NCBI GenBank assembly: GCA_903914615.1
Contig: CAIWPS010000719.1
Location: 1 to 54,482, forward strand
DNA length: 54,482 nucleotides
Reading direction: 5' to 3'
From: an uncultured beta proteobacterium
Lineage (GTDB): Bacteria; Pseudomonadota; Gammaproteobacteria; Burkholderiales; Burkholderiaceae_C
Notes under the pieces: generated by a model
What the model was told of the DNA's origin: nothing
Seen by the model: the letters and a program-made list of their open reading frames with translations, nothing else
Database searches by the model: none
Program-made: the position numbers and the translations under genes
Part shown: positions 44,816 to 54,482 of the stretch, piece by piece
Numbering within the stretch: position 1 is the first letter of the stretch
How the letters are laid out: every line of letters begins with the position of its first letter

Positions 44816-46000
44816 TCAGTTGGTGAGGCGAACGCCCAGTTCGGGGTAGAACGTGGAGGTGCCGTACAGCACATCGATCCGACATGGGAAAACATCGTTC
44901 GTCACATCGTAGGCCCGGATGATTCGCAGCGAGATGTTCTTGTAGGTCTCGCGCGCGGCGAAGTCGACGCCTTGCGGCAGCTCCAGCGGCACCGTCACGA
45001 GACCGAAGCAGTCGCGCGTGAAGCCGATGTTCTGGGCGTACGACGTCGAGGCCGAACCCTTGACCGTGATGGCCGCGCTGTTGGCCGGCGAGCCACTCAC
45101 GGTCTGGTAGGCGCCGGACGTGGTGATCGCCGGGTAGATGCCGATCGTGGAGTTGCCCGAGCCGTCCGAGCTCGCCGTCGCGGTGACGACGAAGTTCTGC
45201 AGCTGGCCAGTGGACTGCCGGTTCTTCGGGTTGACCGCGAAGACGCCGGCGACCGTGAACACGTCGCCCACGTTGAGCAGCGCGGCGATGCTGTTGCCCC
45301 AGCCGTTCGTGACCAGCGAGGACCCGGTCTGGCCAGCGCCGTTGACCAGTGGCGTGCCGCTGTAGGCCCCCACGGTCTGGCTCTGGACGTTCTGGTCCAT
45401 GAAGATCTCGAAGTTCGCGATGTTGGCCAGGAAGCCCTTCAACGCGGGCTCGGACACGCTGCGCACGTAGAGCGTCGACAGCGCGTTGGCCATCGACCAG
45501 TACGCGGCCGGGTTCAGGATCAGCACGCGGCCGTCTTGCGGCACGCCGCCTTCGTCCATGCGCTGGCCCACTGAGGCGAGCGAGGCGAACGAGTTCGGCA
45601 CGGTGCCGGGGGTGCCCACCAGGTTGCTCACGGACTGGAAGTTCGTGAGGACGTCGTAGTCGATCTGGTTGGCCAGCTCCGCCATCGCGGGCTTGAGGTA
45701 GCGCTCCGAGAACTCTTCGATCGTCAGCGTCAGGTCTTGCGACGTGAACTGGAAGTCCACGTGCTTCTGGTTGCTGATGGTGATCGAGGTGCTCGGCTCG
45801 CTGATGTCCTGGATCTGCAGCGCGGGGCCGCTGGACACCTTGAAGCGGTTCGGCTTGCGGATCGTCAGCGAGCTGCCGATCTTGACGAACTGGTTCTCGA
45901 ACTGGCGGTTGACCTTGCCAGCCGCCACGAGGTTGTTTTCCAGCATCACCAAGCTTTCCTTGGTGATGACGGTGGGAGTGAGTAGGGTTTGGGACGACAC
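44816..46000 (-). CDS. Major capsid protein (P22 gp5 family)
   Basis: KIGSSLTIRKP, YLKPAM..LANQID, CRIDVLYG. Confidence 0.93.
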   Translation of the reverse strand: MSSQTLLTPTVITKESLVMLENNLVAAGKVNRQFENQFVKIGSSLTIRKPNRFKVSSGPALQIQDISEPSTSITISNQKHVDFQFTSQDLTLTIEEFSERYLKPAMAELANQIDYDVLTNFQSVSNLVGTPGTVPNSFASLASVGQRMDEGGVPQDGRVLILNPAAYWSMANALSTLYVRSVSEPALKGFLANIANFEIFMDQNVQSQTVGAYSGTPLVNGAGQTGSSLVTNGWGNSIAALLNVGDVFTVAGVFAVNPKNRQSTGQLQNFVVTATASSDGSGNSTIGIYPAITTSGAYQTVSGSPANSAAITVKGSASTSYAQNIGFTRDCFGLVTVPLELPQGVDFAARETYKNISLRIIRAYDVTNDVFPCRIDVLYGTSTFYPELGVRLTN

Positions 46001-46154
46001 GGTGTGTTCTCCTCGCCGCCCCGCTTGGGCGACATCAGGTGGTGTTCATGGGTGGGGTTCCTTCCAGCCCGGCGTGCGCCGGTAAAACAGCCTGAGATCG
46101 CTCAGTGCGCCCTGCGTGTGACCGCAGCAGGGAAGCGGTGTGAACTGCGAGACG

Positions 46155-47222
46155 TCAGTGCGTCGCGCCGCGCAGTTCTGTTCGACGACGCGCTGCGTAC
46201 TCGTCCATGGACTCCTCGTCGGGGCCCTTGCGAGTTGCGGCAGCGCGTGCGCCGACGGTGCGAACAGGGTCAGGCGCCTTGGTCAATTCAGGCGGCTTCG
46301 GAGCCTTCAGTTCGGCGGCCAGCACGCCCATCTCGAAGACGGCTTGCGGCGGCGGGAGCGCGGCCAGGCGAGCCGCGAGCTCCGGGTTCTTGCCAAGGTG
46401 GTAGGCCAACTGGGGGCCGTCCTCGCGCGTGGTGATGACGCTGGCCATGGCGAGCGAGATCTGCAGGTCGGCGCGCTCGGCGACTTCGGCGTAGTCGGGC
46501 ATCTGCTCGATGGCCTTGGCGCGGTTGGCGTTCCAGTCGGCCTGCATCTTCTCGACGCTGGCCTGCTCGGCTGCCTTCTTCGCGTCGTCGGCGACCTTGG
46601 CTGCTGCCTCCTCGGACGCCTTCTTCGCAGCATCAGCGGCCGCTGCGGCCGCCTTGGTCGCGGCGCTGTTGGACGTCCACTCGATCAGCGCGTCCTCGTG
46701 CGCGTTGAGCGCCGCATCGAACGCGTCCGGGTCTTCGAAGTTCTCGCGCAGCGGACGCTTCGGACGCGGTGCCTCTGCTGGCGGGGGCGGCGCCGGGGGC
46801 GTTTCGGCCGCAGGCTTCGGGATGGCCTTCAGCGCCTCCTCGAGCCGGCGATCGGCATCGGCGCGCGCGCGCTCGGCTTCTTCGGCGCGCGTTTCCGCGG
46901 CGCGCCGGCGGTTGCGCTCCTTCGTGATCTCGGCCTTCTGCCAGGCTGGCGTGTTGTCCTTGCCCTTGCCAGCAGCGTCGCCATCGTCGGCTTCGGTCGC
47001 GGCAGCTTCAGCCGCTGCAGCGTCGTCCGTCGAGGTCGCGGGCGCAGCAGCCGGGACGGTCGCGGCCGGCGCAGGCGCGGGCGACAGCACAGGCATGTCG
47101 CTGGTGGCCGACAGCGCCGGCGAGCGCAGGTTCAGGACGTCGGCCGCCGGCGCAGCGACCGGGGCTGCGGGTGCTGCAGGGGCAGCTGGCGCCGCGGGCG
47201 TGGAGGTGGTGGTGTCAGCCAT
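46155..47222 (-). CDS. Scaffolding protein
   Basis: Ala/Pro/Glu-rich; GPQLAYHLGKNP; SMDEYAARR. Confidence 0.85.
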   Translation of the reverse strand: MADTTTSTPAAPAAPAAPAAPVAAPAADVLNLRSPALSATSDMPVLSPAPAPAATVPAAAPATSTDDAAAAEAAATEADDGDAAGKGKDNTPAWQKAEITKERNRRRAAETRAEEAERARADADRRLEEALKAIPKPAAETPPAPPPPAEAPRPKRPLRENFEDPDAFDAALNAHEDALIEWTSNSAATKAAAAAADAAKKASEEAAAKVADDAKKAAEQASVEKMQADWNANRAKAIEQMPDYAEVAERADLQISLAMASVITTREDGPQLAYHLGKNPELAARLAALPPPQAVFEMGVLAAELKAPKPPELTKAPDPVRTVGARAAATRKGPDEESMDEYAARRRTELRGATH

Positions 47223-49452
47223 GCTGTTGGTTCTCGGAGCCCGGCGTCATTTCGCCGGTTGGATTCCCGGTGGCGCCCGGTGCGCCCGCATTGACCGAAG
47301 CGGGGGCGGATTTGCCGGCCAGCGAGAGCAGCTGGTCGGCGAGGTTGGAGACGTGCTTGTTCGTCGCGTCGTCGGCCTTCTGCAGGATCTGGAGCAACTT
47401 GGCCTCGAAGTCCTTGTTGACCTTGTCCTGCGCGACAGCGCGGTCGGCGGTGCGGTCGTTGAGCGCGGTCATGAGCTGCTGGCGCTCGGCCGACAGCTGC
47501 TTGACCTGCTGGTCGAGGGACTGCAGCAGCGCCTGCATCTGCGGCGGCACGTCCTTCTGATCGGGCGTCAGCAGGTTGGCCGGCACGGCCTTGGCCAGGC
47601 GGCGCGCCATCTCGTCGGCGCCAGGCCAGTCCTGGTTCTTGGCGATCAGGTCGGCGATCATCGACGCCGTGTTGGGCATCGCCTTGGCGAACGCCATCAT
47701 CGATTCGGCGGCCTCGATGCGCTTGGTGGCATAGCTCGGGCCCATCGTGACCGTGACCGAGAACTTGCCGACCTTCGGATTGAAGACCTTCAGCGTCTTG
47801 CCGGTCTGCTGGTTCTTCCGCTCCTCGTACGCCTTTTCGGCGTGAGGATCGATCAGGATCAACTCGTCGCTGTCGTCGTCGGCCAGCACCGTGGCATAGC
47901 GCTTCGTGTCGAGGTAGGACGGCGCCAGGTCGATCAGGATCTCGCCGGTGTGGCGCTGCGCGCGCGACAGGTTGTCGAGGTAGTGGAAGGCGCCCAGGTC
48001 GCCGGTGCGGCGCAGCTCGCGGATGGCGCGGCCGCTCTCGTCTTGCATGCGCTCCTGGTTCGTCGCATTGAAGCGAATCCCCGTGGTGCCCATCATGTCT
48101 TGCGAGGCGCCCTGCTTTGCCTGCACGACGCCCGTGGGCACTCCGGCGAACTGCTGGCGCTGCGGCGGCGGCGCCGGCTTGCCGGCCAGGTTGACGCCCT
48201 TGTACAGGAGGTATGGGTACGACTTGCGGTTGGCCTGCTTCCAGCGATCCTCGTGACCTTCGACCTGGCCCTCTTCCATGATGAAGGGCGCCTTCGGCGC
48301 GAGCGCGATCAGCTCGGTCTCGCAGGTGAGCCAGTAGTTGTACATGCGCTGCGGATCCTTCGCGTTGCGCACGACGCCCGACTTCTTGACCTTGCCCTGC
48401 ACGTCGATCTCGTCACCGACGCACTCGACGATCGGGATGTAGCGGCCCGGCCAGGGCTGCTCCTCGAGGATCTCGACGGCCGTGGCGCTGTACCAGGTCT
48501 GCTTGGGCACCTCGGCGCGGCGCTCCTTGATCACCTGGATCTTGCCGTCGGCGATCGCCTGAAGCACATCCGGATGCAGCTCGTCGCGCCAGCCGATGTG
48601 GCCGTTGGACAGCGCGACCAGGTCGCGGTGCTCCATGCGGATCTCGTAGTACTCGGCGACCCGGATGTTGTCCTTGTCGGCCCAGTTCTTCGAGTCCTCG
48701 CCCACGCCGTTCTGAGTCCAGGGAATCGGGTTCGCGTCCGGGTACATGTCCTCGAACTCGTGACGCGGGATCATCTCGGTGACGAAGCCGTACTTGGCGT
48801 CCGAGCCCTCGGGCTGCAACCGGTCGGGGTCGAGGTAGACCGTGAACTGGTTGCGCACGCGCCGGATGCGCAGCACCTTGTCGAACGAGTCCGGGCTCTC
48901 GTACTCGCTGACGATGCGCCAGAAGCCCCAGCCGCTCGTGACGGCGCAGTCGAACGCGGTGTCGTAGGCGATGTCGGCGTTGGAGTCGCGCTCGACCGCG
49001 CGGATCCAGCCGCGGTAGATCTTGGCGGCCTCGCGGTCGCCCTTCTCGCCCACCGGGCTGATGTTGATCTGCGGCCGGTTCTGGCGCTGGTCGTTCGTGA
49101 TCTGGTGCACGAACGTGGGCATGTAGTTGGCCGTCAGGATCGGGCGGCGCTCGGCCTCGCGCTCGGCGCGCGTGCCGGCTGGCCACTGGTCGCCCGACTT
49201 GAACTTGATGTCGTCGAGGGCCTCGGTGCGGTTGTCGCGCTCGGCGCTGATGCAGCGGTCGAAGCGCTTTCTCATGCGGGCGAGGATCTCGGCCTTCTTG
49301 GCGGCGTCCTTCTCCTTGCCCTTGGGCTCGTTGTCGTCATCGGAGCCCTTGCCGCCGCCCACGTCGGGCGCCGGCATCTTGTTCATCCCTGCGTCGACCT
49401 TCGGAAGACGGATCTTTCCGTCGTCCTTGGGCTTGAGCGGATCCTGGGCCAC
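47215..49452 (-). CDS. Portal protein (P22 gp1 family)
   Basis: GDQWP, RP.LT.N, AKDPQRMYNY, GPSYATKR. Confidence 0.93.
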   Translation of the reverse strand: MAQDPLKPKDDGKIRLPKVDAGMNKMPAPDVGGGKGSDDDNEPKGKEKDAAKKAEILARMRKRFDRCISAERDNRTEALDDIKFKSGDQWPAGTRAEREAERRPILTANYMPTFVHQITNDQRQNRPQINISPVGEKGDREAAKIYRGWIRAVERDSNADIAYDTAFDCAVTSGWGFWRIVSEYESPDSFDKVLRIRRVRNQFTVYLDPDRLQPEGSDAKYGFVTEMIPRHEFEDMYPDANPIPWTQNGVGEDSKNWADKDNIRVAEYYEIRMEHRDLVALSNGHIGWRDELHPDVLQAIADGKIQVIKERRAEVPKQTWYSATAVEILEEQPWPGRYIPIVECVGDEIDVQGKVKKSGVVRNAKDPQRMYNYWLTCETELIALAPKAPFIMEEGQVEGHEDRWKQANRKSYPYLLYKGVNLAGKPAPPPQRQQFAGVPTGVVQAKQGASQDMMGTTGIRFNATNQERMQDESGRAIRELRRTGDLGAFHYLDNLSRAQRHTGEILIDLAPSYLDTKRYATVLADDDSDELILIDPHAEKAYEERKNQQTGKTLKVFNPKVGKFSVTVTMGPSYATKRIEAAESMMAFAKAMPNTASMIADLIAKNQDWPGADEMARRLAKAVPANLLTPDQKDVPPQMQALLQSLDQQVKQLSAERQQLMTALNDRTADRAVAQDKVNKDFEAKLLQILQKADDATNKHVSNLADQLLSLAGKSAPASVNAGAPGATGNPTGEMTPGSENQQHG

Positions 49453-49456
49453 GAGC

Positions 49457-49816
49457 TCAGACCCCCATCGTCACGGTGACTTGCGCGCCCGTGCCCGAGA
49501 TCGCGGAGACGAACGCCGTGTAGAACTGCCATGGCTGGGCGCCGTTGGCAACGCCCTGCTGTGGCGACGCGCCCGAGGCGATCGTGATGGCCGATCCGTA
49601 CACGGTCCAGTTCACCCCGTCGTTGGAGGCGTAGATCTGCACGGTCGCGCTCACATTCCCGGTGGTGGCAGTGGCCACAACCTGGAACGTCTGCGTCTGC
49701 GGGTTGATCGGCGCCTGGCCGGCGCTCGGGTTGACCGACTGCGCCAGGCCCGTTTGAAGCGCCGCGGCGAGCGTGGCGGCGGCGACTGCCGTCTTGCTGA
49801 GGACGTACGTGGTCAT
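49457..49816 (-). CDS. Probable small virion protein
   Basis: beta-rich; ASNDGVNW. Confidence 0.6.
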   Translation of the reverse strand: MTTYVLSKTAVAAATLAAALQTGLAQSVNPSAGQAPINPQTQTFQVVATATTGNVSATVQIYASNDGVNWTVYGSAITIASGASPQQGVANGAQPWQFYTAFVSAISGTGAQVTVTMGV

Positions 49817-50064
49817 TGCAGAACCCGAACCTCTCCGGGCTGCAGGCCCTGGTTGATGGCTTGATCGATGGCTTCGGCCGCGTCGCGCAGCGCAGCGCGG
49901 TAGCTGCGGCCGTCTTCGCAGGACAGCTCCATCCAGAACTCGTGGCCGGCGCCGTTGAACATCGACACGCGCGCGACTTGCTCGCCGCGCACGGGAGACC
50001 AGTAGCGGTACTCGCTGACGCGGAAGGTGGCCAGACCGTCGGCAGAGCGCACGGTGTTGCTCAT
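49813..50064 (-). CDS. Hypothetical protein
   Basis: ATGA-coupled ORF. Confidence 0.6.
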   Translation of the reverse strand: MSNTVRSADGLATFRVSEYRYWSPVRGEQVARVSMFNGAGHEFWMELSCEDGRSYRAALRDAAEAIDQAINQGLQPGEVRVLQ

Positions 50065-50546
50065 GTCGCGATCACCTTCGGCTCGCCGATCGCGTCGACG
50101 TCCACCGGCCTCGTCGACGTCCAGCAGCTGGCCAGCGGGTCAAGCACGCGCTCGCAGAACTCCTCGACCGATAGCAGCAGGTGGATCGGCAAGCACGCGA
50201 TGCACACGCCGTGGTCGTCGCACGTGAAAGCGATGGTGACGATCTCGACGCCCTCGTGATTTCGCGTCGGCGGGCTGACCACGACCTTGCTGACCAGGTG
50301 GCTGGTGTCGGTCAGGCGCACCATTTCGCGCTGGATGATCTGCGGAGTGATCGCGTGGTCGGGGCTCATGTGCGGCGCCTTATCGATGGGCTGCCGCGGA
50401 TCGCGGCGGAACAGGTTGGTCTTGAGACCGCCATCCCGCATCTCGTCGATGCGGCCGCACACCGCGCACGGTTGCATCGTGACGATGGTCAGCACCTCGA
50501 AGTCGCCAGCGTTCGGGAAACACTGTTCGCAGAGGCAGGTGCTCAT
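50061..50546 (-). CDS. Hypothetical protein
   Basis: ATGA-coupled; N-terminal Cys pairs. Confidence 0.5.
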   Translation of the reverse strand: MSTCLCEQCFPNAGDFEVLTIVTMQPCAVCGRIDEMRDGGLKTNLFRRDPRQPIDKAPHMSPDHAITPQIIQREMVRLTDTSHLVSKVVVSPPTRNHEGVEIVTIAFTCDDHGVCIACLPIHLLLSVEEFCERVLDPLASCWTSTRPVDVDAIGEPKVIAT

Positions 50547-51946
50547 GACGCCATCCAGTTGTGGCTGGCCGAGCTGCTGCCGGAGCCCACGGTGATCACG
50601 CGGCGCTCTTCGGCCGCGGGCGGCCGCGCCGGCTTGTGGGAGACGGCCAGGTAGCGCAGCGCGTCGGCACAGTGGCTGCACCAGTCGTGCACCGGCGTCT
50701 CTGTGAACTCGCCGAGGCGGGCGTTGAAGCTGCGGCGGTAGCGCTGCAGGGCCAGCAGCGCGGCCTCGCACTTGCGCTCGTCAATCCACAGGCGCGGAAA
50801 GAGCATGCGCGTGGCGTGGATGCCTTCCTCCACGCCAATGTTGGGCACGACCTCGAACCTGATGCCGAGCGTGGCCGCGGTCTCGATGCGGCTGCGGCCC
50901 GAGCCCAGCTCGCGCACCTGGATGTCGTGTGGTGCGTAGTGCTTTCCGTAGAGGTAGCCTCGCTTGTCCAGTACCTGAGCGTAGTGGGGCAGGCCCTCGC
51001 CGCTGGCCTCGTAGTAGTCGATGAGGCGAACCTCGCGGCCCACCGTCTGCACGAAGAAGATCGCGGTGGCGTCGCCGATGCCCAAGTCCCAAACCGTGTC
51101 CACGCGCAGCGTCGGGTCGTACGGCACCGACGTGACGCGGCCTTCGTTGCGGGCCTGCGAGACCTGCGTGAAGTAGATCGCGCCGTCGACGCGCGGCTCG
51201 TCCCAGCGGCCGTCCAGCAGCGCCGCGCGCGTCTGGTCGTCGAGCTTCATCAGCTTGGCTCGGTAGTCGCTTCCCAGGTACGGGTTGTCTGCAAGGCGCG
51301 CGGGGACGAAGCGCCGACGCATGACGACCTGCTCTTTCGTGCCGTCTTCTCGCTCCATGTCGACTCGCTCGACCTTGAGCGACGGGCCGCCCTCGGGCTT
51401 GATGCCCCAGTGGTTGGCGATCCAGCGCGCGCCCGGGCCGTCCGGGTTGCAGGTGGCGCGCGTGTAGCAGGTGAGCGGCACATTCTTGGGAACGCGCAGC
51501 CGCGTCTGCAGGTAGGCGTACGGCTTGGGCGTGGGCCACTGCGCGAGCTCTTCCCAGCCGATCCACTGGAACTGGCGCGACTGGTAGCGGTAGACGTCGG
51601 CGTCGGCGTCGAGGTAGCCGAGCTCGATGCGCGCGCCGCTCTGGAACTGCCAGTAGCGGTCGCCGGAGCGGTAGGTGGCACCGAGCGCGACCGTCGGATA
51701 GACCGCGGCCATGCGATCGAGCACCTCGCGCAGTTCGTCGTACGTGCGGCGCAGCAACAGGCCGCGGTACTCGGGGATCAGGATGGCGTCCTGCTGCAGT
51801 CCCAGCGCGTCGATCACGAGAGCGTCGGTCTTGCCCCCGCCGGCGGCGCCGCCGTACAGCACCTCGTCCTCGCCGGCGGCGAGGAACTCCTCCTGGCGCG
51901 CGTTGGGACGCCAGGCTGCCGTGTCGGGGGCGAGTGCTTCAGCCAT
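50543..51946 (-). CDS. terL: Terminase large subunit
   Basis: GGAAGGGKT Walker A, IGWEEL Walker B, ATCNP, WDLG.GD, H.ADA.RY. Confidence 0.95.
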   Translation of the reverse strand: MAEALAPDTAAWRPNARQEEFLAAGEDEVLYGGAAGGGKTDALVIDALGLQQDAILIPEYRGLLLRRTYDELREVLDRMAAVYPTVALGATYRSGDRYWQFQSGARIELGYLDADADVYRYQSRQFQWIGWEELAQWPTPKPYAYLQTRLRVPKNVPLTCYTRATCNPDGPGARWIANHWGIKPEGGPSLKVERVDMEREDGTKEQVVMRRRFVPARLADNPYLGSDYRAKLMKLDDQTRAALLDGRWDEPRVDGAIYFTQVSQARNEGRVTSVPYDPTLRVDTVWDLGIGDATAIFFVQTVGREVRLIDYYEASGEGLPHYAQVLDKRGYLYGKHYAPHDIQVRELGSGRSRIETAATLGIRFEVVPNIGVEEGIHATRMLFPRLWIDERKCEAALLALQRYRRSFNARLGEFTETPVHDWCSHCADALRYLAVSHKPARPPAAEERRVITVGSGSSSASHNWMAS

Positions 51947-52289
51947 CGCGCGGCGCCTGCTTCTTGGGCACGTAGACCGTGCAGGCGACCTGCAGCGGCT
52001 TGTCCGGATCTCCGACGTGCGTGACGGTGGCGAGCTTCGGATGCACGTAGGGCGCAGCGTCCTTGGCCACATCGGAGGCTGCGCGCATCAGGCGCCGGCG
52101 CGCGGCCGGCGTCTTCGCCTTCTCGGCGTCGGCGACGAGGTCGCGCATGGTGCGCAGCATCACGTCCTTGGGCATCACGCCCTCGGCCGCGGCCAGCGCC
52201 TCGGTCATCTTCGAGACCTTCACGGCGTGGGCGCGCACACCGTTCTTGGGCGGGACGCTCTTCTTCGGGTTGGCCTTGCGCTCAGTCAC
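51939..52289 (-). CDS. terS: Terminase small subunit
   Basis: AAPYVHPKL motif; directly upstream of terL. Confidence 0.8.
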   Translation of the reverse strand: MTERKANPKKSVPPKNGVRAHAVKVSKMTEALAAAEGVMPKDVMLRTMRDLVADAEKAKTPAARRRLMRAASDVAKDAAPYVHPKLATVTHVGDPDKPLQVACTVYVPKKQAPRDG

Positions 52290-52484
52290 GGAGCAAGTCC
52301 CCCTTGAGGATCTCGAGCGCGCCGAGCGTGCGCATCTTCGAGAAGGTGCCCGTGCTGAGCGTGCCGACGACGCCGCCCTTGACGTAGACGATCAGGACTT
52401 CGTCCGGGTCGGCTTGGGCGCACTCGGCCAGGACGCGTTCCACGTCTCGCTCCATCGGGGCGCGCACGCGGCTGAGCGGCGTGG

Positions 52485-52790
52485 TCACTTCGAACCTCCG
52501 AGGTAGACCGGAGGTTCGTGGGTCACGCGCAGCGGCGTGGAGCCCCACCGGAAGTGCAGCTCGAAGCCAGGCAAACTGCGCGTGACGCGCACCTTCAGCA
52601 TGAAGCGGGCGAGCAACCAGCCGCGTGCGAAGCTGTCGTTCATGATCTGGTACTGGCGACCGAACCACGGAACCAGCGGCACGACCAGGAAGAAGTCCTT
52701 CGCGTTCTCACGCGAGAACAGCCGGCGCGACAAGCCCAACGGGATCAGGCTGTCACGTTCGGCCAGGAGCGGGCACAGGCTGCGCATCAC
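52485..52790 (-). CDS. Hypothetical protein
   Basis: ORF in a coupled chain. Confidence 0.35.
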   Translation of the reverse strand: MMRSLCPLLAERDSLIPLGLSRRLFSRENAKDFFLVVPLVPWFGRQYQIMNDSFARGWLLARFMLKVRVTRSLPGFELHFRWGSTPLRVTHEPPVYLGGSK

Positions 52791-53000
52791 GACCTCCCGA
52801 ACCTGACGCCGCCGTCATAACCGTTGCACGCAAGGTGCACGAGCATGGTTGCGCGCTTGGCCGAGAACGGGACCGGGCCGAGCGCTGCGGGCCGCGGGGT
52901 GAAGCGCTGGCCCGCCACGCGCGGCCTAAACACCGGCACCCAGCGCCACGTGCCGTCGGCGCTCTGGCGCGGCTCCTGGAGCATGCGCACGGCTGTCGCC

Positions 53001-53174
53001 TTACTTCAGCGAGCCGGGCGGCTTGCGGCCGAGGTTGTGCGGGTGCGGGGGCGCACTCGTGGGGATCTTCACCTTCGACTTGGTCGGGCGCGAGCCGCTG
53101 CCAACCGAGGTGTTCTGCTTCATGGACGATCCCTTGGTGTGCGGGATGGTCGGGGACTTCGAGACGAGGGCCAT
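53001..53174 (-). CDS. Small basic protein
   Basis: AGGAG RBS; MALVSKSPTIPH... Confidence 0.5.
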   Translation of the reverse strand: MALVSKSPTIPHTKGSSMKQNTSVGSGSRPTKSKVKIPTSAPPHPHNLGRKPPGSLK

Positions 53175-53269
53175 GGTCGCTCCTGCAGGGAGTGCGGCCG
53201 AGGATCACGGCCATGGTCGAGGAATGTAAGCACGAGTCGGCCGCAGAAGGGCCGCAATCCCGTACAGCG

Positions 53270-53512
53270 TCAGGCGATGCGCACGGCCTGCGTGATGTAC
53301 GGCCGCACGATCTCCATGAGCGCGAGCAGCGCCTTGCCGTCCTCGTAGTTCGGGACGGAGCCGCGCTGCCAGGTCTGCACCGTGCTGTGCGCGACGCCGA
53401 GGGCGCCGCCGATCTGGCGCAGGCTGAATCCAGCGTCCTGCATGGCCTGGATGACGTTGGGCCAGCGGATCGGTGGCTCGCGATGGATGAGGGAAAGGGT
53501 GCGGGCGTTCAC
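53270..53512 (-). CDS. HTH regulator (possible late-gene regulator)
   Basis: SLRQIGGALGVAHSTVQTW..GS.P....G.ALL. Confidence 0.75.
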   Translation of the reverse strand: MNARTLSLIHREPPIRWPNVIQAMQDAGFSLRQIGGALGVAHSTVQTWQRGSVPNYEDGKALLALMEIVRPYITQAVRIA

Positions 53513-53684
53513 AGCTTCTCCTGAAACCGGCTCGCCAATAGAGCGATCTCGCCTTGGCCGTCGTCCTGCAGCACGACCACGCCATTGACGCCGAAGCTAC
53601 GACGGATCTCGTAGCGCTTGCCCAAGGTGAGGCGCTGCTGGACGATCTTGCTGTCTGGCAGCGAGACGAGCGTTCGGATGTGGG

Positions 53685-53924
53685 TCATAGCCTGAAGGGC
53701 CTCCTGCAGTAGCTGCACTCGTTCATGCTGCGGATGAATGACATCGTCGGCTCGAACTTGTGGACGGGCCTGACGATCCACGGCGCTCCACAACCCTTGC
53801 AGGTGCCCTCGGACTCCGCTTTCGGGTCAACATACAGGCCACTCGGGGATGGACGAACGCTTGCGTGGGCCGCGATGGCGCCTGCTGCGGCGGCAGCTGC
53901 GGCGGCAGCTGCGCACCACATCAC
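53685..53924 (-). CDS. Small Zn-ribbon protein
   Basis: CKGCGA...CSYC. Confidence 0.5.
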   Translation of the reverse strand: MMWCAAAAAAAAAAGAIAAHASVRPSPSGLYVDPKAESEGTCKGCGAPWIVRPVHKFEPTMSFIRSMNECSYCRRPFRL

Positions 53925-54310
53925 CTCACTCCGTTCTTCGCCCAGCTGAAGCCGCGTGGCAGCGGCAACCGCTCCATCGAGTACGAACTGATGTTGTTGG
54001 AGATCATGATGTCTCGCAGGCACGCGAGCGCCGGCTCTTTGAAGCGTTCGAGCTCGGGGTTCGGGTTCCCCGCCAGGACGGGCCGCACGCGGCCGTCGAC
54101 GTGCCACTGCTGTCCACCGGCGCGGATGTCGTAGCGCAAGGCGAACTCGCTCTCTTCGATGTCCCATGCGTAGACCTTGCGCACAAAGTCACGCCAGTCC
54201 GGCGGTGCCACGATGCGCATCAGCGACTCGGCGCGCACGATCGCCGGCGCGGCAATGAGCGCCAGGCCGGCGCCGAGGAAGCCGCGGCGGGAGAGTTCGG
54301 GTGTCAGCAT
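53921..54310 (-). CDS. Protein with a twin-arginine-like N-terminus
   Basis: LSRRGFLGAGLALIAAPAIVRA. Confidence 0.65.
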   Translation of the reverse strand: MLTPELSRRGFLGAGLALIAAPAIVRAESLMRIVAPPDWRDFVRKVYAWDIEESEFALRYDIRAGGQQWHVDGRVRPVLAGNPNPELERFKEPALACLRDIMISNNISSYSMERLPLPRGFSWAKNGVR

Positions 54311-54341
54311 GGCTTGCCTCCCGCGAAGATCGAACGCAGGC

Positions 54342-54482
54342 CAGCGAGCAGTCCACGGGGCCTGGCAGCATCGGCCTCGAGCACTGCGATGACAGCCTGC
54401 TGAACGACCGCAGCCGCCTTCGCCACCTCCAGGTCGTGCGCCAGCGCCGCAGAGCACTCGCGCTCCAGCGCGAGGTCTTCGG
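54342..54482. repeat. Terminal direct repeat, right copy
   Basis: Identical to 1-141. Confidence 0.97.

Noticed and set aside
46510-49479. 989-aa plus-strand ORF (and similar long ORFs such as 14648-17446 minus)
   Set aside because: Antisense shadows of real genes in high-GC DNA
53884-53913. 12-bp tandem repeat GCTGCGGCGGCA
   Set aside because: About 2.5 copies encoding poly-Ala; low complexity

Overview
Complete, circularly permuted temperate phage genome of about 54.3 kb. Bases 1-141 are identical to 54342-54482. It is high-GC, and the att core points to a Betaproteobacteria/Burkholderiales-like host (inference). The layout is lambdoid with a P22-like virion. A cro/cI switch with five 14-bp operators sits at 10.3-11.6 kb. 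The minus-strand arm carries a CII-like regulator, C5 and Dam-type methyltransferases, O/P-like replication genes, a GIY-YIG nuclease and RusA. It continues across the junction into terminase, portal, scaffold, coat, gp4/gp10-like tail, ejection proteins, tailspike and lysis genes. The plus-strand early arm carries recombination genes, accessory genes, a truncated integrase and an attP in the 3' half of tRNA-Asn. The main finding is a diversity-generating retroelement (DGR) without its engine. Three DUF1566/CLec target genes share a 104-bp variable repeat with the AAC-mutagenesis signature, and avd is intact. The template repeat and nearly all of the reverse transcriptase have been replaced by a C4-antisense-RNA cassette controlling a NUMOD4-HNH endonuclease, leaving a 48-codon RT C-terminal remnant. 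Also notable are modifying-type enzymes (PurD-like ATP-grasp, 2OG-Fe(II) hydroxylase, HExxE protein) embedded among the tail/ejection genes. All family assignments come from motif recognition by eye; no searches were run.
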